From: Candidatus Altiarchaeota archaeon
Lineage (GTDB): Archaea; Altiarchaeota; Altiarchaeia; IMC4; QMZM01
NCBI GenBank assembly: GCA_034716875.1
Contig: JAYEKX010000097.1
Span: 1 to 36,187, forward strand
Direction of reading: 5' to 3'
Length of the DNA stretch: 36,187 nucleotides
In this document: in pieces, positions 25,064-35,225 of the stretch
How the letters are laid out: each line of letters begins with the position of its first letter
Numbering within the stretch: position 1 is the first letter of the stretch
Notes under the pieces: generated by a model
What the model saw: the letters and a program-made list of their open reading frames with translations, nothing else
Database searches by the model: none
What the model was told of the DNA's origin: nothing
Program-made: the position numbers and the translations under genes

Positions 25064-26053
25064 ATGGCAGATATATATCCAATATTGTTTGCATTGATTC
25101 TGGTTTTCGTCTTTGCAACGAAGGCTATAAAGATTATACGACCCTATGAGAAAGGATTGATAGAGCGATTCGGTAGATACCAAAGGATTGTTGATTCAGG
25201 CCTGCAGTTCATCATCCCCTTTATCGAGACGATGATTAAGGTGGACGTCAGAGAGCAGGTTATAGATGTCCCGCCTCAGGAGGTCATTACTAAGGATAAT
25301 GCCGCTGTTACCGTTGATGCAGTAATCTATTTCGAGATTACAGACCCCTTCAAGGTGGTGTATAACGTCAAGAGATTTGAGGTGGCAGCCTTAAAGCTGG
25401 CGCAGACTAACTTAAGGAATGTTATTGGTGACATGGAGCTGGATGAGACTCTGACATCCAGGGAAACAATCAATGGAACCCTGAAGAGGATACTTGATGA
25501 GGCAACAGACAAGTGGGGTGTCAAGGTAACCCGGGTTGAACTGCAAAAAATTGAGCCCCCCAGGGATATTACGGACGCGATGAGTAAGCAGATGAAGGCG
25601 GAGAGGACAAAGAGGGCTGCAATCCTGGAGGCTGAGGGGCTTAAGCAGTCCGATATACTGCAGGCGGAGGGCTCGAAACGGGCAGCAATCCTTGAGGCGG
25701 AAGGCAAGTCTCAGGCTATACAGAAGGTTGCTGACGCTACAAGATATAAGGAGATTGCTGTGGCGGAAGGTGAGGCGAAGGCCATAATAAACATATATTC
25801 AGCCATACACAAGGGGATGCCGACAGAGGATTTAATAGCGATTAAATACCTGGAGACCCTGCAGAAGATTGCTGACGGTAAAGCAACCAAGATATTCCTG
25901 CCTATAGAGACCTCAGGCATTCTGGGGAGTATCGGGGGTGTGGCGGAGATATTTAAGGAGAACCCTGAGGTAAGGAAGAAGAAGCTTGAGGAGATAGCTA
26001 AAGCCTTTGAAAGCGAAGGGACTGAAGAGAAGGACCTGTTGGAGGGGCTCTAA
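25064..26053 (+). CDS. SPFH/band-7 (stomatin/prohibitin-like) protein
   Basis: 329 aa. N-terminal TM, then IIRPYEKGLIERFGRY...VDVREQVIDVPPQEVITKDNAAVTVDAVIYF and an Ala/Glu-rich coiled-coil (AILEAEG repeats). Confidence 0.9.
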   Translation: MADIYPILFALILVFVFATKAIKIIRPYEKGLIERFGRYQRIVDSGLQFIIPFIETMIKVDVREQVIDVPPQEVITKDNAAVTVDAVIYFEITDPFKVVYNVKRFEVAALKLAQTNLRNVIGDMELDETLTSRETINGTLKRILDEATDKWGVKVTRVELQKIEPPRDITDAMSKQMKAERTKRAAILEAEGLKQSDILQAEGSKRAAILEAEGKSQAIQKVADATRYKEIAVAEGEAKAIINIYSAIHKGMPTEDLIAIKYLETLQKIADGKATKIFLPIETSGILGSIGGVAEIFKENPEVRKKKLEEIAKAFESEGTEEKDLLEGL

Positions 26054-26088
26054 CCCGGCCATGTGAGGGGGAGGGAGGTTAAGTGAAC

Positions 26089-26688
26089 TCAGGCATACCT
26101 CACCCTCTTCTCTATATTCTTCATCCTACCCAAGATATCCTTTAATTGTTTTGTTTTATAGGAATCCAGGATAATCCCCCAAACCAGATCGAATTTACTG
26201 GTGTGTGCCGCCATCAAGGATTTCTTCAGAACCACCAGGTCCATGGCTTTATCCTCCACCCGGGTTGATGTTGTTCCCAAGCCGAAGTCAATGAAAAATA
26301 CTTCATCACCCCGTAACAGCATATTGGAGGTGGTGAGGTCGTTATGAACTATGTTTGAGCTATGTAGTCTTGAGATTGTTTCCCCGATTTTTCTCGCAGT
26401 CCAACCTATTTTTTCTTCTGATGCGGTTTCAAACACATCCTTAACTAATTCACCGTCAATATATTCCATAAAGATTTTATTATCCTTCAAGTCTGTTTTA
26501 AAGATGCGGGGCACTTTGACGCCAACCCTCTTGGCGTTTTCCAGCAACTTCGCCTCTCTCTTGGTTCTTAATCTCCTCAACCGCTCATCCAACTCCTTAA
26601 TCCTGTAGTTTTTCTTAATTCTATGCTTCACAAGCCCCTCATCCACCCGGTAGAGATTCGCTTCGGCTCCTTTAGCAATTAACTTCAT
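26089..26688 (-). CDS. bud32: KEOPS complex kinase/ATPase Bud32
   Basis: 199 aa atypical small kinase. KGAEANLYRV, KNYRIKELDERLRRLRTKREAKLL, IVHNDLTTSNMLL, FIDFGLG. Confidence 0.85.
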   Translation of the reverse strand: MKLIAKGAEANLYRVDEGLVKHRIKKNYRIKELDERLRRLRTKREAKLLENAKRVGVKVPRIFKTDLKDNKIFMEYIDGELVKDVFETASEEKIGWTARKIGETISRLHSSNIVHNDLTTSNMLLRGDEVFFIDFGLGTTSTRVEDKAMDLVVLKKSLMAAHTSKFDLVWGIILDSYKTKQLKDILGRMKNIEKRVRYA

Positions 26689-26765
26689 TTTTATTGACTT
26701 GATTATATATTTAATACTCTAGGTTTATCTATTCACCTACTTCTAAATCTTGTTTCGAGTGGAAA

Positions 26766-27011
26766 ATGGATCTCAAAAAAGTCATGGAAAAGATGGATGA
26801 GTCTTCACAGGATTATTTTATGCCCAGGAGGGTTAAAATCATCCTAAAGAATGTGGGTGAGGAGCTTAATAGAGAGGATCAGGATCTGGCGGTTAGGGTC
26901 ACCAGCGCTGTTTACAGGATTGAGGAGGTGGCTAATGACATAAACATCCCTATGCATGCCAAAACCGCCTTATGGAATATAATCAGTGATTTGGAGGCGT
27001 TGAAGGAGTGA
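26766..27011 (+). CDS. UPF0147-family small helical protein
   Basis: 81 aa. PRRVKIILKNVGEEL and DINIPMHAKTALWNIISDLE resemble the two-repeat pattern of archaeal UPF0147 proteins. Confidence 0.5.
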   Translation: MDLKKVMEKMDESSQDYFMPRRVKIILKNVGEELNREDQDLAVRVTSAVYRIEEVANDINIPMHAKTALWNIISDLEALKE

Positions 27012-27014
27012 TAA

Positions 27015-27977
27015 ATGATTGATATCAATCTAATCAAGAGAAATACTGTAGAGATTGTTACCGGGGATGAATTAAGTAGGTTACTGGGTGAAAAGAAATC
27101 CCCTGTCACCTACTGCGGGTATGAGGTTTCAGGTCCCGTGCATATAGGTACGTTGGTTGCTGTTTATAAGCAGATTGATTTCATGAACGCCGGCTTAGGG
27201 GTTAAGGTTCTTTTCGCGGATGTTCACACTGAATTAAACCGGAAAGGCGATAAGGAGTGGGTGGATTCTATGGTGGCTTACTGGATGGATTGCCTCAGAG
27301 CCTTGGGTTTGAATAAACCTGGTGTTGAATTCATCCGGGGCTCGGAATTTGAGTTTGAAAGAGATTACATAAAGGATGTTTTTACGCTGGGGTTGAAGTC
27401 TACTTTAAACAGGGCGTTGAGGAGTATGCAGGAGATTGCGAGGGATGTTGAGCATGCTCGGGTGTCTCAGGTATTTTATCCCCTGATGCAGATTGCTGAC
27501 ATTAAGGCGTTGGGTGTTGATATAGCTCATGGGGGTATGGAGCAGAGGAAGATTCATATGCTGGCTCGGGAGCTGCTGCCGGAGATAGATTATCAAAAGC
27601 CGGTGTGCATTCACACACCCCTGCTTTGTTCACTGCAGGGTCCTGAGTCTAAGATGTCCTCAAGCAAGCCTGAGACTATGATCCGGGTGGATGATGAGCC
27701 GGATAAAATCACGGAGAAAATCAGGAAGGCGTATTGCCCCCTTGAAAAGGAGGGGAACCCGGTCCTGCAGATTTGTGAGTACCTGATCTTCCCTAAACTG
27801 GGGGGGATTGAAGTAAGGAGGAAGGAGAAATTCGGGGGTAATCTCGTTTTAAACTCCTACCCTGAACTGGAAAAGGAGTATCTGGAGGGGAGACTGCATC
27901 CTATGGATTTAAAGACTGCGGTAACTGAGAATCTGATAGCGATTCTGGAGCCTGTGAGGGAGAAGGTTGGAGAGTAG
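27015..27977 (+). CDS. tyrS: tyrosyl-tRNA synthetase (archaeal type)
   Basis: 320 aa. HIGT (HIGH) and KMSSS (KMSKS) motifs. Long stretches resemble the M. jannaschii TyrRS I recall (GGMEQRKIHMLARELLP, KFGGNLVLNSYPELE, LHPMDLK). Confidence 0.9.
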   Translation: MIDINLIKRNTVEIVTGDELSRLLGEKKSPVTYCGYEVSGPVHIGTLVAVYKQIDFMNAGLGVKVLFADVHTELNRKGDKEWVDSMVAYWMDCLRALGLNKPGVEFIRGSEFEFERDYIKDVFTLGLKSTLNRALRSMQEIARDVEHARVSQVFYPLMQIADIKALGVDIAHGGMEQRKIHMLARELLPEIDYQKPVCIHTPLLCSLQGPESKMSSSKPETMIRVDDEPDKITEKIRKAYCPLEKEGNPVLQICEYLIFPKLGGIEVRRKEKFGGNLVLNSYPELEKEYLEGRLHPMDLKTAVTENLIAILEPVREKVGE

Positions 27978-27998
27978 TGGTGTTATCCTTTGATTTCT

Positions 27999-28187
27999 TC
28001 AATACAGTGGCATACTCCACAACAAAATCAATATTATCAAAACAATAACAAACGCCCACACGTAGATTGGTAGCATCGCCTGAAATGTTTTCTTCTCTTT
28101 CTTTGAGATATTTAAGTATAGCATGTATAATGCTACAATAATAAATGCTCCGAATAACAGTTGAATTAATAGTGGCGGGATAACCAT
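27999..28187 (-). CDS. small two-TM hypothetical protein
   Basis: 62 aa with two hydrophobic helices around KKEKK. Co-directional with and downstream of the HD gene. Coding status unproven. Confidence 0.3.
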   Translation of the reverse strand: MVIPPLLIQLLFGAFIIVALYMLYLNISKKEKKTFQAMLPIYVWAFVIVLIILILLWSMPLY

Positions 28188-28228
28188 CTCATTAACCTAT
28201 TACACATTCAGATATTTATAGCTTTCGT

Positions 28229-29422
28229 TTAGGTAAACTTCCTCAACCTGGTTTGAGTGAACTCAATATATGTTTCTGCATTAAAGTCCTCTATTTTATC
28301 CAGATGTTTTGGGGTGGTGTATATGCAGAACATCAGCTTCTCCTGCTCCGATTTCTCCAAGGCCTTAGCCAGGCTGGAGACCTCATCAATCCTCTTCAAT
28401 CCCCCCTCGGTTTCCACAAGAATCTTGAACTCCGACATCTTCGTCTCAGGAATGTCAATCAAGAGAAAACCCTTTTTGATACCTAAATCCTTGCATATCC
28501 TACTCTCTATCTTCCTCTTATTTTCCTGAATATCCTCCCTGAAGTTTTCCTCAATTAAAATCAATCTCTCCTGAAAAAAAGTTTTAAAAAGCCGTCTCTC
28601 ATCAATCCTCTTCATCACCTCCCTGGGATAGCCTTTGGAGTTTCTCAAGGTATGAACGAGATCAATGTCATCCATTTCTATAAACTCCTCATACCCCAAC
28701 CCCTTCTTAAGCAGGGACTCTAAAGCATTTCTGAACATAACCTCAACAATCCTTTTAGTGTGATGCCTATAGACCGTCTGATACATCAGGTTCCTACCGA
28801 TCAGGAGGGATTCTGCCGCCTCCAGACTACCCTTCTTAACCACCAAATCCCGGCCCATAAGTTTTATTCCATAAATAACCCTCTCTAAATCTATCGTGCC
28901 ATAAGCTACGCCGGCATAATATGAATCCCTGATCAGGTAATCCATCCTGTCGATATCTATTTCTGAGGAGAGTATTTTACCTAAATCCCCCTCCCCTTTT
29001 ATGAGACCGGAGATTTCCTCCGGATCCAGATCATGTTTATCAAGGATATCTGTTATCTCTGTTTCCCGGATGATTCTGGAGGAGTTTTCTTCATGGGAAT
29101 ATCCCCTCTCAGCCAGGATGTCATCTGATGTATGGGAGAAAGCGCAGTGTCCGACGTCATGTAATAAGGCAGCTGTTCTTAACTTCCGTTTATCGTGTTC
29201 ATCCAGCTCTAGATGATCAGCCATTAAACCGGCTAGATGCATTACACCAAGGGAATGCTCGAATCTGGTGGAATTCATGGCGGGATAGACTAGGTAACAG
29301 AGGCCGTTCTGTTTTATATGGCGCAGCCTCTGCATGTAGGATGTATCCACAAGTTTTAACTCTAGTTCATCCAGATATATTGTTCCATGAATGGGGTCTC
29401 GAATATTTTTTACGGATTTCAT
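28229..29422 (-). CDS. HD-domain phosphohydrolase (COG1078-type, dNTPase-like)
   Basis: 397 aa. RFEHSLGVMHLA and LLHDVGHCAFSH (HD motif), plus DRMDYLIRDSYYAGV. Confidence 0.8.
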   Translation of the reverse strand: MKSVKNIRDPIHGTIYLDELELKLVDTSYMQRLRHIKQNGLCYLVYPAMNSTRFEHSLGVMHLAGLMADHLELDEHDKRKLRTAALLHDVGHCAFSHTSDDILAERGYSHEENSSRIIRETEITDILDKHDLDPEEISGLIKGEGDLGKILSSEIDIDRMDYLIRDSYYAGVAYGTIDLERVIYGIKLMGRDLVVKKGSLEAAESLLIGRNLMYQTVYRHHTKRIVEVMFRNALESLLKKGLGYEEFIEMDDIDLVHTLRNSKGYPREVMKRIDERRLFKTFFQERLILIEENFREDIQENKRKIESRICKDLGIKKGFLLIDIPETKMSEFKILVETEGGLKRIDEVSSLAKALEKSEQEKLMFCIYTTPKHLDKIEDFNAETYIEFTQTRLRKFT

Positions 29423-29431
29423 TTCTCTGGA

Positions 29432-29710
29432 TTACTTCTTCAGTCTCCACCGCCATACCAGAAGCCCTATTACCGTAACAGCAAGGATTGTCTCAATGGT
29501 GGTGGTGAAATTTATGGGAATAAAGAAGTTTTTATCGTTGAAGTACTGTATGAAGGGAACCGTCATACCAAGGAGGATACTCACCCCCAGTCTCTCCACC
29601 AAATCAAGGTCTTTTTTTCTGGGAAACAAGGCCAGACTCAGAGATATCCCCGGTATTAGCATATACAGGATTATACCGACTGTTCCTATCACTATCGTAG
29701 GTAGCTCCAT
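29432..29710 (-). CDS. small hypothetical membrane protein
   Basis: 92 aa with three hydrophobic segments. Lies 9 nt upstream of the HD gene on the same strand. Confidence 0.4.
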   Translation of the reverse strand: MELPTIVIGTVGIILYMLIPGISLSLALFPRKKDLDLVERLGVSILLGMTVPFIQYFNDKNFFIPINFTTTIETILAVTVIGLLVWRWRLKK

Positions 29711-29745
29711 GTATAGAAATTAGATTCAGTTTTTATATAACGGTT

Positions 29746-30819
29746 TTATAACATATCATTTATATAACACGGCGTCTGGAGCAGGAATTTCGCCATGAAC
29801 CTGGGTTTTTTAAGGAAGGCGTAAAGCAGTTTAGAGGCTTCATCCATGTCGCCTTCCCTCTCAATCACCTCCCTGTTTTCGTTCAACAGAGTGAAAAAGT
29901 TATCCAGATTTTTATCAGAAAGTTTATCCAGAAATCTTCTTATCAACAGATGCAGGTGTAGCTCCTTCCCTATCTCCGATCTCCATTGTTTTTCATAATC
30001 TCTTTCACAAACAAATTTTGCTGCAGTGCAGCCCATAACAACACCTCCGCCGGTGGTGGCCTTGACCTGGGAAGCGGCATCCCCCACCACCGCTATTTTT
30101 TCGTATTGAGTTCTTATCTTGGGGTCATATATGGGGATGATGCCGAAATTCTTATTCAGGATTTTTTCATTTAAAACCCTTCCGTCAGCCCTAAGTTTCT
30201 TGATGAAACCATCCAGGTAAGGGACAGGATTCCCTCGAGTGCAGAGACCAACCCGGGCGTAGCCCTCAACCGGAATAATCCAGGAGAAGAAGCCTGGGAC
30301 ATTGAAGTATAGCTCCACAAAGTCGTTGTCGCAATCAATCCTCATCTCATACTGCGCCCCGGTGAGGAATTCATGAGGCATCTCCAGATTAAGTACTTTA
30401 TGTAGTTTGTAGTTTGTTCCTGTTGCAATAACCAGTTTCTCTGATTTTTTAATTACTTCATCAATATTTTTTCCATCAACGTTTTCATTGATAAATTTTG
30501 CACCGGAATCCACTGCCTTATCCCTGAGGTAATCATCAAACCCCGGTCTGTCAACAACAAAAGCCTTATCTCTTCCTCCATCAACCTCAAGTTTAATCCC
30601 TGACGGGGAGAATATTCTCGCGCCTCTAACACTGTTTTGTAGGAACGGGGATGAAGGAGAAACCTTTATTTCCAGCTTATCCAGGCCTGATTTACTGACG
30701 AGGCCTGCGCATTGAATCCTCCTATCCATCCGGGATTCAAAAAGGACGGTATCATATCTTTTCGAGCAGTATTCAGCAGCGACACTTCCTATTGGGCCCG
30801 CCCCAATAACGGAAATCAT
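29746..30819 (-). CDS. FAD-dependent oxidoreductase, geranylgeranyl reductase family
   Basis: 357 aa. N-terminal VIGAGPIGSVAA dinucleotide-binding motif, CAGLVS, and VVGDAASQVKATTGGG motifs. Confidence 0.7.
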   Translation of the reverse strand: MISVIGAGPIGSVAAEYCSKRYDTVLFESRMDRRIQCAGLVSKSGLDKLEIKVSPSSPFLQNSVRGARIFSPSGIKLEVDGGRDKAFVVDRPGFDDYLRDKAVDSGAKFINENVDGKNIDEVIKKSEKLVIATGTNYKLHKVLNLEMPHEFLTGAQYEMRIDCDNDFVELYFNVPGFFSWIIPVEGYARVGLCTRGNPVPYLDGFIKKLRADGRVLNEKILNKNFGIIPIYDPKIRTQYEKIAVVGDAASQVKATTGGGVVMGCTAAKFVCERDYEKQWRSEIGKELHLHLLIRRFLDKLSDKNLDNFFTLLNENREVIEREGDMDEASKLLYAFLKKPRFMAKFLLQTPCYINDML

Positions 30820-30831
30820 TCTATTACCACT

Positions 30832-31929
30832 CTATTCCATCCTTAAATCAATCATATCCTCTGATTCAGGCCCGGTTGAGATTAATTTAACCTTCACCCC
30901 AATCTCTTCCTCGATCTTATCTACGTATTTCCTCACTCTTTCAGGCAATTCATCATATCCGGTCATGGATCTGGACTCCGGGAATAACTTATCCAGGCAG
31001 GTGATGCAGACTTCAGTCGCTCCATTCACCATCGCCGAGTATTTAGCCAGGGCGTAGTCAAAACCACCGATTCTTCTCGATCTCCCGGTGACCGTGCCTT
31101 TCTCACCCAAGTATCCTGCCAGAATATCATTAACTCCTCCGGTAAACCCCTTCATCTCAGCTTCATTCAAAATCTCCTGCCATAAGGGGTAGTCTTTTAC
31201 AGAGTCTTCATCTATGAAGTTTTTCATAGGGCCCTCCCCTACCCTCGTGGTATATGCTTTATAGACGATGAGGACATTCCCCACCCTGGTGGGGCCGATG
31301 CCTACGTCAGTAGCTGCCATACTCGCAGACGTGTCCTTGGATGTTACAAAAGGATATGTTCCATAAAACAGGGACAAACCAAAACCCTGACTAGCTTCAA
31401 CCAGGATTTTTTTCCCTTGATTTATTGCGTTATTAATCTCCAGGGGAACATCCATAAGATATTCCCTTAATTCCGGAATGTCCTGAGCTAATTTTATTGT
31501 TCTATGTGCCCTCTCGGCGTTTGCGGGTCCACAGCCGCTGCCGGTGGTCCCAACCTTTTCCTTGAGATACTTGTCGGAGGAGTCCTGCTCTTTATGTTTA
31601 TCCTCAATAATAGCGCACCTCTTATCCAGGTAAATCCTCCCCTTGGTTTCGGTAATCCTCACTTCATCCAGAAAATGTTTCGTATCAACTAAAACGCCCG
31701 CCCCTATGCAGAGTCTTGAGTCTTCATTCATAAACCCGCAGGGAATCATCCTCAAGCCGTATTCTCTCCCGTCTTTATAGACTGTATGGCCGGCGTTTGG
31801 ACCTACCCCCGCCCTGGCAATAATATCCGGCTTATCCTTTAATGCAAGGTAAGAGACTACCTTACCCTTTCCTTCATCTCCGAAGTGGCCTCCAACCACT
31901 ATAGTTGTATTACTCTCTTCCATAATCAT
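30832..31929 (-). CDS. purA: adenylosuccinate synthetase (short archaeal form)
   Basis: 365 aa. GGHFGDEGKGKVV P-loop, GPNAGHTV, GTTGSGCGPA motifs. The start may be the third Met (MEESN). Confidence 0.9.
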   Translation of the reverse strand: MIMEESNTTIVVGGHFGDEGKGKVVSYLALKDKPDIIARAGVGPNAGHTVYKDGREYGLRMIPCGFMNEDSRLCIGAGVLVDTKHFLDEVRITETKGRIYLDKRCAIIEDKHKEQDSSDKYLKEKVGTTGSGCGPANAERAHRTIKLAQDIPELREYLMDVPLEINNAINQGKKILVEASQGFGLSLFYGTYPFVTSKDTSASMAATDVGIGPTRVGNVLIVYKAYTTRVGEGPMKNFIDEDSVKDYPLWQEILNEAEMKGFTGGVNDILAGYLGEKGTVTGRSRRIGGFDYALAKYSAMVNGATEVCITCLDKLFPESRSMTGYDELPERVRKYVDKIEEEIGVKVKLISTGPESEDMIDLRME

Positions 31930-32251
31930 CCTCCACCCTCACAACATCATCCAGTTCAGGGGTGCTTATCTCTATGAGCCTCAGATCTTTCATGGCGACC
32001 AGCCTGTGCCGGTCCCCTGGATTCAGTGTTATTGACTCTCCCTTTTTCAATACACTCTCTCCTCCTGGATGGATTACCTTTAACTCACCTTCATATACAT
32101 AAATGCTTTCTTTCTTCCTCCTGTGGTATTGGAGGCTTGTCTTCAACCCCTTCTTTATCTCAAGGATTTTTCCGGCATACTCCTTCTCCACTGCCAACCA
32201 TATCTCCCTACCCCAGGGTTTTTCAATGATTTTCACCTGATTAAACTTCAT
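31910..32251 (-). CDS. cupin-domain protein (type II phosphomannose isomerase-like)
   Basis: 113 aa. KPWGREIW...GKILEIKKGLKTSLQYHRRKKESIYVYEG..GDRHRL is the cupin metal-site pattern. It overlaps the purA start by up to 20 nt. Confidence 0.7.
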   Translation of the reverse strand: MKFNQVKIIEKPWGREIWLAVEKEYAGKILEIKKGLKTSLQYHRRKKESIYVYEGELKVIHPGGESVLKKGESITLNPGDRHRLVAMKDLRLIEISTPELDDVVRVEDDYGRE

Positions 32252-32303
32252 TTCACATCCTAATTTATTAGTCTATACCAATAAATAAAACATTTCAGAA
32301 AAA

Positions 32304-33584
32304 ATGGATATCTCGATAATCGGAACAGGTTACGTGGGTCTGGTGACTGGTGCAGGGTTTGCGGAGAAAGGGAATAATGTTGTTTGCGTGGATGTAGTCA
32401 AGGGGAAGGTGGATGTTATTAACTCCGGGAGGTCACCTATCTATGAGAAGGGTTTGGATGAGATCCTGAAGAGGAATATAGGGAGTAATCTGGTTGCAAC
32501 CACCGACCTGAGGCATGCTGTTTTGAGCACGGATATAACATTCATCTGCGTGGGCACCCCATCCAGGGAGGATGGTTCTCTTGACCTGGGTTTTGTGAAG
32601 AAGGCTTCAGGGGATGTGGGTGGAATTCTTTCCGGGAAGGATTATCACGTGGTGGTGGTTAAAAGCACGGTGCTTCCGGGGACCACTGAGAGGACTGTAA
32701 TCCCTGTTATTGAAGAAAAATCAGGGAAAAAATTTGTTTCGGATTTTGGTGTGGGGGTTAATCCGGAATTTCTGAGGGAGGGCATTGCCGTGGAGGATTT
32801 CATGAATCCCGACAGAGTCGTTATCGGTTCATCAGATAAGAGGTCTGAGAAAATTATCGGGGAAGTGTACTCCAACTTCGGGTGTCCTGTATTGAAGACG
32901 AATATTAAGACGGCGGAGATGATTAAGTACTCCTCAAACTCCTTTCTTGCGGCGAAGGTTTCCTTTATTAATGAGATAGGCAACATCTGTAAGAAGTTGG
33001 GTATTAATGTCTATGATGTTGCTGAAGGCATTTCCCTGGATCACAGGGTTTCGCCTCATTTCCTGAGTGCTGGGTTGGGTTGGGGTGGCAGCTGCTTCCC
33101 TAAGGATTTGAAGGCATTGATTTATGAAGCGAAGGAATTAGGTTATGAGCCTTCCTTATTGAATGCTGTTTTAGGGGTGAATATGGAGCAGCCTCGAAGG
33201 CTTCTGGATATCGCAAGGAAGAAGGTTGGTTCATTTAGCGGCAAGAAAATAGCGGTTCTGGGGCTGGCTTTCAAGGGAGGCACTGATGATACTAGGGACA
33301 GCATGACTTTCCCTGTTATTGAGGGTCTCCTGGGTGAGGGGGCTCGCGTGGTTGCTTATGACCCTGAGGCGGAAGATAACGCAAGGGTTTTTTTCGGGGA
33401 CAGGATTACGTATGCCGATTCCGCAGAGGATTCATTGAAGGATTCCGATCTGGCGTTAATTGTTACTGACTGGAAGGAGTTTGAATATCTTGACTACGGT
33501 GGGATGAGAAGTAAGGTGGTGGTTGATTCCAGAAATATCGTGAAGAACCGACAAGACATAGATTATGAGGGATTATGCTGGTAG
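32304..33584 (+). CDS. UDP-glucose/GDP-mannose dehydrogenase family protein (UDP-glucose 6-dehydrogenase-like)
   Basis: 426 aa. N-terminal IIGTGYVGLVTGAGFA Rossmann motif, catalytic GWGGSCFPKD, and GLAFKGGTDDTRDS. Confidence 0.9.
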   Translation: MDISIIGTGYVGLVTGAGFAEKGNNVVCVDVVKGKVDVINSGRSPIYEKGLDEILKRNIGSNLVATTDLRHAVLSTDITFICVGTPSREDGSLDLGFVKKASGDVGGILSGKDYHVVVVKSTVLPGTTERTVIPVIEEKSGKKFVSDFGVGVNPEFLREGIAVEDFMNPDRVVIGSSDKRSEKIIGEVYSNFGCPVLKTNIKTAEMIKYSSNSFLAAKVSFINEIGNICKKLGINVYDVAEGISLDHRVSPHFLSAGLGWGGSCFPKDLKALIYEAKELGYEPSLLNAVLGVNMEQPRRLLDIARKKVGSFSGKKIAVLGLAFKGGTDDTRDSMTFPVIEGLLGEGARVVAYDPEAEDNARVFFGDRITYADSAEDSLKDSDLALIVTDWKEFEYLDYGGMRSKVVVDSRNIVKNRQDIDYEGLCW

Positions 33585-33605
33585 TTAAAAAAAATTTGTT
33601 ATTAC

Positions 33606-34283
33606 TCAGAAAACACCTTCAGGCTCTGCAATTTTCGTTTTTAGTATGTCTATTCCCTTGTTACTGATCTTAAATTCCAATTCCAATCCTTCCTGAAGGA
33701 ATTTGTGTTTCTTCAGTGTCGCTATCCTATGATCCTGAGTCTTATCCAGTTCAATGATGATTTTCGACCAGTATCTCACAACATCCCCGCCTACCGGAAC
33801 AATCTTTCCGGTGTCTAGGTCGGTGTATACCTGGTTTGTTATCAAAACAGGGATGTTATGTCTCCTCGCTATCTTTGATAATTGAGCCAGCTGCCTTCCA
33901 AGCCCCCTGACATCCCTGTCTTCCTCCAGCCTGTAGAAGACGGAGATGGAGTCCACTATAACCAGTGAGGCATTAGACTGCGGTATGATTTCATTTAACT
34001 TCTTTATCGCTACTTTCTGCTCGTCAAATTCCGTAGGCTCAATCAGCATTAAATTCTTCAGCACATTCTCCAGCTTCTCCCCGGATATCTGCTTTAATCT
34101 CTCAACAGAAAACCCTCCTTCAGAGTCTATATAAATTACTTTACCTTTTTCGACGGCATTCACGATCGCCATTAAAGCGATATTGGTTTTCCCGGAGCCC
34201 GGCGATCCATAAATGTGGGTGATACACCTGGACTGCAGACCCCCACCCAGGAGGGCATCGAAGTCTTTATGAATCCTTATCAT
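33606..34283 (-). CDS. radB: DNA repair and recombination protein RadB
   Basis: 225 aa RecA-fold only. LLGGGLQSRCITHIYGSPGSGKTNIAL (Walker A) and LVIVDSI (Walker B). Size and lack of an N-terminal HhH domain fit RadB rather than RadA. Confidence 0.8.
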   Translation of the reverse strand: MIRIHKDFDALLGGGLQSRCITHIYGSPGSGKTNIALMAIVNAVEKGKVIYIDSEGGFSVERLKQISGEKLENVLKNLMLIEPTEFDEQKVAIKKLNEIIPQSNASLVIVDSISVFYRLEEDRDVRGLGRQLAQLSKIARRHNIPVLITNQVYTDLDTGKIVPVGGDVVRYWSKIIIELDKTQDHRIATLKKHKFLQEGLELEFKISNKGIDILKTKIAEPEGVF

Positions 34284-34294
34284 TCTTATATATC

Positions 34295-35158
34295 TTATTG
34301 TATTGTGGGCTTAAGTAATTCACTCAGCACTGCTTTTTCCATAACCTTTATTGGGGCGTCTATTCCTATCCAGATCTTCAGTGACTCCGCTCCCTGGTGA
34401 ACAAGCATGCCCACTCCGTTAACTGTCTTGCATCCGTTTTCTTTCGCCTCCCTCAATAGTTTAGTCTCCACCGGATTATAGACTATGTCCATCACCGCCA
34501 CATCAGGGGGAATGATTTCTGCAGGAATCACGCTCTCCCCTGTTTTAGGCTGCATCCCCACTGGGGTGGTGTTTATCAAAATATCTGTTTGCATTAATCT
34601 ATTTTTTATCTCCTCAACAGAAAAATCTATAACCCCTGCATCCACATCCAGCTTCTCCTTTATGTCCCTGCATAACTCCTCAGCCATATACCGCTCCTGC
34701 TCCCTGTTAGATATTGAGACGCTGGCTCCCTCTGAAACTAATTGAAAGGAAATCGCTCTGGCGGCGCCTCCCGCGCCCAGAACCAGGATTTTCTTATCCC
34801 TGACGGATACGCCCGCCTCCTGCAGTGCTCTCACACAGCCTACGCCGTCAGTATTAAAGCCCCTGGCTCCTTCATCACTGAATTTCACGGTGTTTACAGC
34901 GCCAATCAACTGAGCCCCCTCATCAACCTCATCCAGAAACCCCATAACCTCTACCTTATGTGGGATAGTTACATTCAAACCTAGGAAACGTTCTCTACAG
35001 CCGTATATAAAATCCATTAAATCTCTCCTCTCCACATCAAAAGCCCTATAGCTGTAATCCAACCCGAGTTCTCTGAACACAGCATTATGCATCACCGCCG
35101 AAAGCGAATGCTTGATGGGATGCCCTATCACACCAAGAGCCTTCCTACCTGAATCCAT
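34295..35158 (-). CDS. aroE: shikimate dehydrogenase
   Basis: 287 aa. GVIGHPIKHSLSAVMHNAVF, NVTIPHK, NTDGVG, and GAGGAARA motifs. Confidence 0.9.
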   Translation of the reverse strand: MDSGRKALGVIGHPIKHSLSAVMHNAVFRELGLDYSYRAFDVERRDLMDFIYGCRERFLGLNVTIPHKVEVMGFLDEVDEGAQLIGAVNTVKFSDEGARGFNTDGVGCVRALQEAGVSVRDKKILVLGAGGAARAISFQLVSEGASVSISNREQERYMAEELCRDIKEKLDVDAGVIDFSVEEIKNRLMQTDILINTTPVGMQPKTGESVIPAEIIPPDVAVMDIVYNPVETKLLREAKENGCKTVNGVGMLVHQGAESLKIWIGIDAPIKVMEKAVLSELLKPTIQ

Positions 35159-35225
35159 ATTACTTAATTATTTGTTTTAATGGATATATCACAAACTCTG
35201 GCGCCATGTGAGCAAGCAACTGAAT

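Noticed and set aside
28229-29422. HD-domain phosphohydrolase as a dNTPase-type antiviral defence gene.
   Set aside because: This looks like the widely conserved archaeal COG1078-type HD protein. It is embedded in a long co-directional run of core genes (cupin, purA, GGR-family) with normal composition, and there is no island context.
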